IMG/VR virus record: IMGVR_UViG_3300042510_000830
Location: 1 to 42,763 of that record
Strand: one strand, 5' to 3'
DNA: 42,763 nt
Source: a virus
Taxonomy: Duplodnaviria > Caudoviricetes
How positions within the stretch are numbered: the first letter of the stretch is position 1; each line of letters starts with the position of its first letter. The position numbers and the translations under genes are program-made. Below, in pieces: positions 14,714 to 23,137 of this stretch. The notes beneath the pieces are model-generated. The model was given only the letters and a program-made list of their open reading frames with translations, was not told where the DNA came from and searched no databases.

Positions 14714-16834
14714 ATGTATTCAGCTTCTTCAGATCCTCTGGCTATTGCAACAAATGTCCCCGACGTTGGGGATCTGTTGAGCGAATACAATCGTGCCATG
14801 ATCAACTCGACGCAGGGTAACCTGACGATCAAGTTCGATGATGTGCGTTTTGCACGGTGGGCAGGCCAGAGTGACGACGGCAAGAAGCATAGCAACCTTC
14901 GCAACGAGGGTGACCCGGCATGGCCGTTTGAGGGGGCGAGTGACGTTCGCAACCGTTTAATTGATTCTACCTGCAACGAGCTTTCGTCGCTACTGGTAAC
15001 GGCATTTGAGCGTGCAACGATTCGCGCAAGCGAGGTTGAAATGCAGGATATGTCGATTAGCGGCATAGCCACAACGCTTTTGCATTGGGTTCGCGACAAT
15101 AAGATGCCGCTGGAGCTGCGCAGGGAGGCTGAGCTTGGCGCACAGTACGCTTTTCAGTACGGCTGGACGGCTTTCTTTGTGGGCTGGAGACAGAACATCA
15201 GCAAGCGCGAACAGCCTGTCACGATGAATGAAATTGTGGCCTTGGCGCAACAGTCGCAAAGCCCGACGCTCATGCAGTTGCCAGACTTGATCATGCAACA
15301 GTCTGATGAGGCTGCTGCTATTCTGGAGGCTACAATGCCGGGGCTATCCGCTCGCGAGGCAAAGCGAATGGTTAAAGAACTTGCCACTACTGGAGTATCC
15401 TCTAGAGATGAAGAGTATATTAGCAAAAACTTGCCTGAGATTATTGCTCTTAAGCCTTGGGATGAAGTTCTTGTTCCGCCTGAAACGGCAGACCTCCAGC
15501 GATCCCGTGTAATTTTCCGCCGGACATGGATGTCTGAAGTGGAGATTCGCGAGAAGATTACCACTGAAGGCTGGAACAAAGACTGGGTAGAGCTGGCTGT
15601 GCAGATGGCTGGCAAGAGCAGCACAATGTACAACACGAACATCCTGCCAAGCACGGAGCTTCTTGTATACAACGGCCTTAACTATCAAAACATGATTGAG
15701 GTGGTGTACTGCTACACCAAGAGTCTGGACGGCAAGGCTCCGTGCATCTACTACACGGTTATCTGCCCGCAGGCTGCCGTAGATCATCCGAAAGAAAAAA
15801 TTTCGTATGCTATCCATGAAAGGCTTGATTACGCGCACGGAGAGTATCCGTTTGTGGAGTTCCGTCGTGAGTGCATCCGCCGTGCCATTACTGATACTCG
15901 CGGCGTTCCTGAGCTTGCACACACGGATCAAGATGAAATCAAAGCGCAGCACGATTCCATCCGGGATCATACTGCCTTCTCGACTCTTCCCCCCATCAAA
16001 GTCGTCAAACGCATTGGAGCCATTAATCGAGTTGGGCCCGGAGTGCAGTTACCTGTCGTAAGTCCAACGGACTACACGTTCATGGATCCTCCAGCTCGCG
16101 AGCCGAATGTTGCTTTTGAGCTGATTAAACAAGTCGAGGCAAGCCATGCCGCTTACTTTGGTACGGTTAATCCTAATGTTGATCCACGCAAAACACAGCT
16201 TGCTCAACAGATGCTGGTAAACACTTGGCTGCTTACTTGGCGGACGATCTTCCGGCAGATGTTTAGTTTGTGCTGCCAGTACATGTCCCCTGTTGAGATC
16301 CAGCGCATTACTGGAGGCCAACTGCCGCAAAACTTGTCTGACATCCACAACGAGTTTGATTTAACGGTCAAATTTGACGTGATGGATCTCGATAAAGAGT
16401 ACATTGCGCAGAAGATTGATTTCCTTACCAAGGTTGCACAACTTGACACTGGCGGAGTCTTAAACAGAAACAAGCTCACTGAGATGATGATTCAGGCCGT
16501 TGCTCCAGAAGTGGCAAAAGACTTGATTCTTAATCCGCAAGATGCCAGCAGGCAGATGTTTAAAGATGTGCAGTCAGACATTGGCATGATGCTGCTCGGC
16601 AACGAGGCGCTATACCAAGAGAACGATCCGGCTGCACAGACCAAGCTGCAATACGCGCAGCAGGTGATGCAGGCCAACCCGAAAGCGCAGGCGGCTCTTC
16701 AGCAGGACGAGAACTTTAAAGCGTTGTTTGAGAACTACATTAAGAGCCTGCAAATGTCTGTTATGCAACAACAAAACGCGCAAATTGGCCGGATTGGAGT
16801 AACGCCAGTGGCACAGCAGGAGGCGCAACAGTAA
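14714..16834 (+). CDS. Portal protein
   Basis: 706 aa, follows terL, Q-rich helical C-terminus (P22-like barrel). Confidence 0.8.
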   Translation: MYSASSDPLAIATNVPDVGDLLSEYNRAMINSTQGNLTIKFDDVRFARWAGQSDDGKKHSNLRNEGDPAWPFEGASDVRNRLIDSTCNELSSLLVTAFERATIRASEVEMQDMSISGIATTLLHWVRDNKMPLELRREAELGAQYAFQYGWTAFFVGWRQNISKREQPVTMNEIVALAQQSQSPTLMQLPDLIMQQSDEAAAILEATMPGLSAREAKRMVKELATTGVSSRDEEYISKNLPEIIALKPWDEVLVPPETADLQRSRVIFRRTWMSEVEIREKITTEGWNKDWVELAVQMAGKSSTMYNTNILPSTELLVYNGLNYQNMIEVVYCYTKSLDGKAPCIYYTVICPQAAVDHPKEKISYAIHERLDYAHGEYPFVEFRRECIRRAITDTRGVPELAHTDQDEIKAQHDSIRDHTAFSTLPPIKVVKRIGAINRVGPGVQLPVVSPTDYTFMDPPAREPNVAFELIKQVEASHAAYFGTVNPNVDPRKTQLAQQMLVNTWLLTWRTIFRQMFSLCCQYMSPVEIQRITGGQLPQNLSDIHNEFDLTVKFDVMDLDKEYIAQKIDFLTKVAQLDTGGVLNRNKLTEMMIQAVAPEVAKDLILNPQDASRQMFKDVQSDIGMMLLGNEALYQENDPAAQTKLQYAQQVMQANPKAQAALQQDENFKALFENYIKSLQMSVMQQQNAQIGRIGVTPVAQQEAQQ

Positions 16835-16835
16835 T

Positions 16836-17087
16836 ATGACGGAAGATCAAAAGAACGCTTTTGGATTTTCAGGGAAAAACATTATTTGGTCAGAAACATG
16901 CAAGGTTCTTGAGCAATTACAAGAACAGCACTGGATGCTTGCTATAAGTAAAGACTGCAAAGGAGAAGATAGAATACATGCGGCTGGGCAGGCTGACGGA
17001 ATTAATCTGGCTTTAAGCACGCTTATTGAATTAAGAAAACAAGCTAGACAATTAAATGGCTTGACTCCTGAAAAAGATTTGGCATAA
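16836..17087 (+). CDS. Hypothetical protein (portal-scaffold intergene)
   Basis: Small helical ORF, R...AGQ..G motif. Confidence 0.7.
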   Translation: MTEDQKNAFGFSGKNIIWSETCKVLEQLQEQHWMLAISKDCKGEDRIHAAGQADGINLALSTLIELRKQARQLNGLTPEKDLA

Positions 17088-17150
17088 CGCCACTAACGGG
17101 CCTTCCAGCGTTACTGGATTGAATTAAAAAGGGCTTGCTACCAATATAGC

Positions 17151-18146
17151 ATGAATAACACAAATACACAGCCTGACGCCGGGAGTCAGGAGGCAGATAG
17201 TACACCCGTTGCAAACAACCTCGGAAACATTAGTGGAAACAGTTTAACTGATTTCATTAAATCTAATTTCCTAAACGAGGAGGAGGCGGCTCCAGCCAAA
17301 GAGGAGCAGCAGGCCGAACCTGAAGTAGAGACCGAAGAGCCAATTGTGGACTCAGAGGTTGAAGCTGAAGAAGAGGCCGACCAGCCCACCGATGAAGAAG
17401 GTGAGCCTGAAAGTCCATTAAGCCGAGGCGTGCAGAAGCGCATCAACAAACTAGTTGCTGCGAAAAAGGCCGCTCAGGCTAAATTGCAAGAACAGGAACA
17501 GCGATTGATTTCAATGCAGCAAGAGTTGGAAGCAGCAAAAGCTTCTGCGCCTGCTGTAAAGCAAGATATCAACAACTCGTTTGAAAATATTAATTCAGCT
17601 CAAGAGCTGGAAAAACATTTTAAACAAGCTGTAGATGTAATTGTTTGGTGTGAACAAAATCCAGATGGCGGAGAAATACCAATGCCAAATGGAGAAATGC
17701 TAGAGGTAACCTCAAAGCAAGTTCAGGCCATGAAGTCAGCCGCAATCAAGCATAAAGATCTTGAGATTCCAATTAGATACCAATATTTGCAACAACAGCA
17801 AATGGCGGAACCTTTAATCTTGCAGGATTTTCCTTGGTATAAAAAGCCCGAATCTCAGGAGTATCAAGCGGCAATGGCAATTGCGCGAGATTTTCCAGAG
17901 ATTAAACGCAGGCCAGATTGGAAGCATTTAGCTGGAATAGTTGTGGAGGGGTTGAAGGCTTATACAGATAAAAAGTCTAAACCAGCATCAACGGCTCCGA
18001 TTAAACGCGCCCCATCACAGCCCGCGCCAAAGGCTGCTCCAAGCGCAAGCAAGGATGACACTAAGACGGCTCAAAAATCCTTTCTTAAGGATCCTTCAAG
18101 CAGAGATGGACTGAGTGACCTAGTAAAAGCAATGGGGTTTGTGTAA
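17151..18146 (+). CDS. Capsid scaffolding protein
   Basis: Acidic N-terminus, GVQKRINKL coiled coil, precedes capsid gene. Confidence 0.8.
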   Translation: MNNTNTQPDAGSQEADSTPVANNLGNISGNSLTDFIKSNFLNEEEAAPAKEEQQAEPEVETEEPIVDSEVEAEEEADQPTDEEGEPESPLSRGVQKRINKLVAAKKAAQAKLQEQEQRLISMQQELEAAKASAPAVKQDINNSFENINSAQELEKHFKQAVDVIVWCEQNPDGGEIPMPNGEMLEVTSKQVQAMKSAAIKHKDLEIPIRYQYLQQQQMAEPLILQDFPWYKKPESQEYQAAMAIARDFPEIKRRPDWKHLAGIVVEGLKAYTDKKSKPASTAPIKRAPSQPAPKAAPSASKDDTKTAQKSFLKDPSSRDGLSDLVKAMGFV

Positions 18147-18190
18147 GCCCCTATTCAATTCAGTAACCTAACTTAACTTGATTTAGTATT

Positions 18191-19243
18191 ATGGCACTTC
18201 TAACTGAACCTAATCTTAGCGGTCGCGGTAAACGCGAAGACTTGATGGACATGATTGCGCTTGTCGATGCAAAAGACACGCCATTCACGTCTATGGCCCG
18301 TAAGGGCAGCAAGCCCGGAAACATGTTTTTCCGTTGGCAGGCAGACAGCAATCCTGCGCCAAAAGTTGGCGGCACGATTGACGGCACGGACGTTAGCACT
18401 TACACCAACTGGGATGTAGGCTATCGCGCCGAGCTGGCTAATTACGCTCAGGTGTTCCGCATGGACGCCGTTCGCGTGTCCAAGCTTTCCACTGACATTG
18501 CTCAAGTGGCAGGCGTGCGCGATGAGTTGGCGTACAACGTGTCCAAGTCGATCCTTCAGTGCAAGCGTTCGATTGAAACGACACTTTGCTCCAACCAAAC
18601 CGCGCAACAGGACAACGGCTCTGTTCCTTACCTTACGGCTGGGATCCAGACATGGATCAGCACCGCTGGCACAGGAACTCCAACCCCCGGAGACATCCCT
18701 TCACAGTTCCGCACTCCTTCCGATTCGATCCTTACTGGTGCATCTAGTGGATTGACGGACCTTGACGTGCAAGGCTTGCTGAAGAGCATCTACAACCAGA
18801 CTGGTCAGTATCGCTCGTTTGACGCAATTGTTGGCACCGACCTCAAGCGTGCATTTACAAGCCTGCTTGGAACCTCGCAGTTGACTACAACCTCCACTGC
18901 TGGAGTTTTGGCTGCTGGCGCAACCAAAGTGCAGACCTTCCAGCGTGACGCTGCTGCTGAAACCTACATCCAGTCCGTGGACGTGTTCCAAGGCGACTTC
19001 GGTACGGTCAAGCTGCACCCCACGGTGTTCCTTGGAACAATCAGTGGCGGCGCATGGACGGTGACCCCATACAAGGGGCTTGTCCTGAACATGGACTTGA
19101 TCGAAGTCCGCTACGGCGGAAACGTAGCCGCTGTGCAATCGCTGCCTGACTTCGGTGGCGGTCCTGCTCGGGTTGTAGAAGCCGTCTGCGGTCTTGTTGT
19201 CGGGAACCCGCTGGGTCTCGGCAAGTTTGACTTCTCAAGCTAG
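18191..19243 (+). CDS. Major capsid protein (DUF5309/SU10-like)
   Basis: REDL.D.I...DTPF.S, W..D, N..Q.F, DFG motifs; 350 aa. Confidence 0.88.
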   Translation: MALLTEPNLSGRGKREDLMDMIALVDAKDTPFTSMARKGSKPGNMFFRWQADSNPAPKVGGTIDGTDVSTYTNWDVGYRAELANYAQVFRMDAVRVSKLSTDIAQVAGVRDELAYNVSKSILQCKRSIETTLCSNQTAQQDNGSVPYLTAGIQTWISTAGTGTPTPGDIPSQFRTPSDSILTGASSGLTDLDVQGLLKSIYNQTGQYRSFDAIVGTDLKRAFTSLLGTSQLTTTSTAGVLAAGATKVQTFQRDAAAETYIQSVDVFQGDFGTVKLHPTVFLGTISGGAWTVTPYKGLVLNMDLIEVRYGGNVAAVQSLPDFGGGPARVVEAVCGLVVGNPLGLGKFDFSS

Positions 19244-19254
19244 TCCCCCTACCA

Positions 19255-19584
19255 GCGACACCTGCCGACCTTGGGCCACCATACCCGTAGGCGCAAACGA
19301 GTGGTGTGACACTCTGGAGAGACAGAGACAATAGCGTCGAGCGACACCTGTGGTTCCAAATGGAGCCAAACGCTTCCAGTGCTATGCAACTGGTTGACAA
19401 GTGGTGTGACTAATCGGAGAGACGATTACTCCTCCAATTGGAGAGCGACACCTGCTGGTGGCTCCATGCCGCCGGACTTGATTGGCGAAAGCTGGTTGAG
19501 TCAGTGGTGTGACTAATGGAGAGACATCTATAGAGAGCGACACCTGCCAGCAATGCAAAGTGGTGTGACACTGGGAGAGACTAG
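19255..19584 (+). ncRNA. Tandem array of four structured repeats (D 19255-19327, E 19341-19428, F 19445-19530, G 19537-19584)
   Basis: Invariant AGCGACACCTG, AGTGGTGTGAC and GGAGAGAC blocks; variable self-folding inserts; covarying terminal stems. Confidence 0.8.
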
Positions 19585-19593
19585 AATTTTTTT

Positions 19594-20073
19594 ATGGGCG
19601 CACAAAAAATTAATTCCAATCCAAACGCGAACGCGGGGCAATATCAATTTACTCCACAAATTAAAAACATTGATCCGAATCAGGTTCCTGCTGGAGGAAT
19701 AAGCTTGCAGCCATTTCCTTCTGAACAAGGAGAAGTAAGGGGGATTAAAGGAGCCACCACCGCCGCGCTTCAAAATGTTTATGCGTTGCAAAAAGCCGCT
19801 GCGGAAAATTATAACAAGCAATTGATTCAACAACAGCAACAAGTTATTGATGCTGAAAATAAAAAGATTGCAGAACAAAACCAAAGGCTTATTAATAACC
19901 CCAAAAATATTGTTAAAGGTGCAAAATACAGCGCTAGCCCTAACGCTACTAAAGGGCCGCCAGTACAAAATTACGCAAAAGGCGCAAAATACCTTAACCG
20001 GGCAGGGCAACAACCCGCACAGAAGAGCCCTCTTGAATCTAGTTTGTTTACGGCCCCAATAAATAGGATGTAA
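19594..20073 (+). CDS. Q/N/K-rich hypothetical protein
   Basis: AT-rich ORF immediately after repeat G; internal KGAKY duplication. Confidence 0.6.
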   Translation: MGAQKINSNPNANAGQYQFTPQIKNIDPNQVPAGGISLQPFPSEQGEVRGIKGATTAALQNVYALQKAAAENYNKQLIQQQQQVIDAENKKIAEQNQRLINNPKNIVKGAKYSASPNATKGPPVQNYAKGAKYLNRAGQQPAQKSPLESSLFTAPINRM

Positions 20074-20078
20074 TTGTC

Positions 20079-20426
20079 ATGTTGAACATTGATCCTAGCC
20101 TAGCAGTAGAAATGGAGGCTGAATTTCGGCGCGGCTGGCAAATGAACCGCGTGCAGGCTGAAATTGATTCAAAACAGGCCGCCAAATACACAAAAATGCG
20201 CCACAAGTCAATCGAAGGACTTGGGCAGAAGATAGCCAACATTCCGGGCCACGCCTATCATTTTTGGGGGCAAAAACTGGGCTATCAATGCTGGGATGAC
20301 AAGCAGTTCATGAAAGAGTTTTTGCGCGACAACGATCAGTGCAAAGTAAATTCTGGCGGCACAAAAGAAATTAGTGTAGGCTGGGTGCCATCTACTAACG
20401 TGAGATCCCGCACCGTTTACGCATGA
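20079..20426 (+). CDS. Hypothetical virion-module protein
   Basis: IP...W....F..DN motif; coupled to next gene. Confidence 0.7.
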   Translation: MLNIDPSLAVEMEAEFRRGWQMNRVQAEIDSKQAAKYTKMRHKSIEGLGQKIANIPGHAYHFWGQKLGYQCWDDKQFMKEFLRDNDQCKVNSGGTKEISVGWVPSTNVRSRTVYA

Positions 20427-21616
20427 AGACCGTCCCGTTTAGCGATATTCTTGTAGAGGTCTGTCAGCTCATTGGGCTTGACCGAGCCACGCTAAATGAA
20501 AAAAGCTTCAACGCAATTCGCGATTTTACATCGCGCCGCATTGGAACAATTTGGGATCGAGAAGAATGGCCGGACACCAATAGGTTTATTAAAACTTTTC
20601 CGGGAAATCCAATTTCTTTAGTAGAGTTGGTTGATTTGCCAGCAATAGAAACTCAAACAGGACTTGAACTTCTTGCTCAAAATGACTCGCCATTATGGGT
20701 GCAGACAAGCGCCAATACCCAAGAAATGAAGTTAAGTTTAGACGCTGATTTTCCCCGTGTTTACACAGCAGATTTTTCTGGAGATGCTTACAGGCTTGGC
20801 ACTATTGCTGAGTCTGAAATAGAGATTCAAAATCCATTTTATTACACCTTTAACGGTGAAGTTAAAAATGCAGCAGACATTAAAACAGTGTCTTCATATG
20901 GCACTTCAACTGATTCGGTTGGGGAGTATATTTCTTTTGTTTCTATAACCGTGCCATACGGCACCACGGTTTCTTTTTCAACTTACGAAGGACCAAACGG
21001 CAAGCTCACAAGCACAATTACTTTTGACAAAAATCCCAAACGGATTGTTCAGCTTCCTACAAATTCTGTGCAGGGACTTGCTGCTTGGCCAGTAGATCCA
21101 AGGACAACAACCCGCGCTGTCCCGGTTGATTTTATAGTTGAAGATTTGTTTAATTCCGAGCTTCAAGAAGCTACATATTTGACGTTTTTGCAAAACGGAG
21201 AAAAATTCATTCAATACAGGTTAAATGCTCCAAGATTAATTGGCAGACCGTATAACTCCGCAATATCGTACAGCAAAAACGCGCAGGTTTATTACGACCC
21301 CATTCAGTCTTCGTCTAGCTTTACTCCTTCTGATCCATCAAAAGGCAGCAGGGGGGATTTTTGGAACTGTCTTGTAAACCTTGCTCCATACGCGCCGAGC
21401 TGGCCAATGGCTTTTTGGCAGCAGGTTTTGATACCGTATCGGTTTAAAGACTTTTTAGTAAATGGGATAAGCGCCGATTTTTTAAAGTCTGAAGGAAGAA
21501 CCGACGAGGGGATAGCATTCGATCAGCTTGCAGAAATAGCAGTGCAGCAGCAGATTGACGTGTTAATTCGCCAGCAGGGGCAAAACCAAAAACTTAACAT
21601 GGCCTACACCTACTGA
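20423..21616 (+). CDS. Putative head-tail adaptor / tail tubular protein A with inserted beta-rich domain
   Basis: Helical N- and C-termini (EVCQLIG..W...W; IP..F..FLV.G) around a beta-rich insert; position. Confidence 0.55.
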   Translation: MKTVPFSDILVEVCQLIGLDRATLNEKSFNAIRDFTSRRIGTIWDREEWPDTNRFIKTFPGNPISLVELVDLPAIETQTGLELLAQNDSPLWVQTSANTQEMKLSLDADFPRVYTADFSGDAYRLGTIAESEIEIQNPFYYTFNGEVKNAADIKTVSSYGTSTDSVGEYISFVSITVPYGTTVSFSTYEGPNGKLTSTITFDKNPKRIVQLPTNSVQGLAAWPVDPRTTTRAVPVDFIVEDLFNSELQEATYLTFLQNGEKFIQYRLNAPRLIGRPYNSAISYSKNAQVYYDPIQSSSSFTPSDPSKGSRGDFWNCLVNLAPYAPSWPMAFWQQVLIPYRFKDFLVNGISADFLKSEGRTDEGIAFDQLAEIAVQQQIDVLIRQQGQNQKLNMAYTY

Positions 21617-21825
21617 TGATTACAAAATTTATCACCCGCAGAAATGGAACTGAAGCTGCGCCGGGAGGCAAGATTTTAACCCGCATTGGAGTAAACGGAA
21701 ATAAGTTCACTTTTAAATTTCGCAAGCAAGCAGTTCAGCCCGGTCCAGTTACCACATATAGAATATTGACTGAATCTGGAAATCGCCTTAACAACGAAGC
21801 AAGCCAACGTATAACCACAGGTTAA
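21616..21825 (+). CDS. Small virion protein
   Basis: ILTESG..L..E motif typical before fibre genes. Confidence 0.55.
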   Translation: MITKFITRRNGTEAAPGGKILTRIGVNGNKFTFKFRKQAVQPGPVTTYRILTESGNRLNNEASQRITTG

Positions 21826-21827
21826 TT

Positions 21828-23114
21828 ATGGGTATCAGAATTACAGATTTGCCAGTAGCAAACACGGTTGAATTAGCCGATACACTTGTTATTGTTCAAA
21901 ATGGAGACACTAAAAAGTGCCAAGTTGTTCAAGTCAGGTCGTTGAATGCTTCGGAAATTACCAGCGGCACATTAAACGCAGCTCGTCTGCCGTTGATTCC
22001 AGTATCTACTGGAGGCACAGGATCTACTGATGCCGTTTCTGCGCTTGCTACACTTGGAGCGCAACCCGCTCTTACATCAAGTGCGCCTGCTGGAATTACG
22101 CAGGGCGGAACTGGAGAGACAACAGCAGAGGCCGCGCTAACTGCGCTTGGGGGCGTCAGCCTTCAGCAGTTTAACTCTACAAACATTATTGCGGGAGATG
22201 GCCTTGTTGGCGGCGGAGCGTTGTCCACGAGCAACATTATTGCTTTGCAAACCACAGGAGTGGCTGCTGGCACATTTGGAAGCGCGTCAACGGTTGCTCA
22301 GTTTACGGTTAATGACAAGGGGCAAATCACCAATGCCGAAAATGTGGGGATTTCAGGATCGGCTGGAGGAACGGTTGTAGCTGTTGGCGCAACGTCTAGC
22401 ACACTTTCTGTTTCTGGCAGCCCTGTAATTTATTCGGGTGCGCTTCAGATTAATTTAGCCACAACTGGCATTCAAGCCATTACGGCTGGATCCAGCACCC
22501 AATGCCCAGTCATTACAGTTGACACATACGGGCGAGTCACTTCGCTTACAACCACCACAATCAATTCACTTACTCCAAGCGGAGTTGTTCCCGGAACTTA
22601 CGGAACCGCATCACAAATCCCAGCGTTTACAGTAGATCAATTTGGGAGAATTACGTCAGGCACAAACAATTCAATTTCTTTAATTGGATCAACGCTCTCA
22701 TCAATCAGGGAAAACATTACTGTAACCGCAACTGCCGCTTCAGCAGGAACAACAATTCAATTTGATGCGTTAACGCAAAATGTACTGTATTACACGCTGC
22801 CAGCCACGGGAACATTTAGATTAAACATACGAGGAAATTCGTCAACAACCCTGCTTGACTACATGTCAGTTGGACAGTCAATTTCAATTATCTTTTTAAC
22901 TGAAACTGGAAATCCAGCATACGGAATGAGCCCAAATAGTCCACCCACTATTGATGGTATTAATTTGGAATTTCCAGTAAAATGGGTTAATGGCACATTT
23001 CCAACACCCACTACAAATGCTGTAAACGCATACTTGTTTACAATCATAAAAACTACAAGCAACGCCTTAGGCTGGAGAGTGCTTGGTGAAATGATTTCTT
23101 ACAAAGGGTCGTAA
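21828..23114 (+). CDS. Tail fibre protein
   Basis: I+ITDLP N-terminus, GGTG repeats, GV.AGTY...TVD..GRIT repeats. Confidence 0.8.
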   Translation: MGIRITDLPVANTVELADTLVIVQNGDTKKCQVVQVRSLNASEITSGTLNAARLPLIPVSTGGTGSTDAVSALATLGAQPALTSSAPAGITQGGTGETTAEAALTALGGVSLQQFNSTNIIAGDGLVGGGALSTSNIIALQTTGVAAGTFGSASTVAQFTVNDKGQITNAENVGISGSAGGTVVAVGATSSTLSVSGSPVIYSGALQINLATTGIQAITAGSSTQCPVITVDTYGRVTSLTTTTINSLTPSGVVPGTYGTASQIPAFTVDQFGRITSGTNNSISLIGSTLSSIRENITVTATAASAGTTIQFDALTQNVLYYTLPATGTFRLNIRGNSSTTLLDYMSVGQSISIIFLTETGNPAYGMSPNSPPTIDGINLEFPVKWVNGTFPTPTTNAVNAYLFTIIKTTSNALGWRVLGEMISYKGS

Positions 23115-23137
23115 GTTTGGTTTAATCAATTAATTGT

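Noticed and set aside
13666-19400. Many long minus-strand ORFs opposite terL, portal and capsid
   Set aside because: Antisense shadows of well-supported genes, with no motifs
19255-19584. CRISPR or TIGR array
   Set aside because: Bipartite repeat with self-folding inserts of very unequal length; no cas or Nop-domain gene recognised; no box C/D motifs
22111-22122. Additional GGAGAGAC motif copy
   Set aside because: Inside fibre coding sequence (TGET), with no flanking stem or GTGAC block
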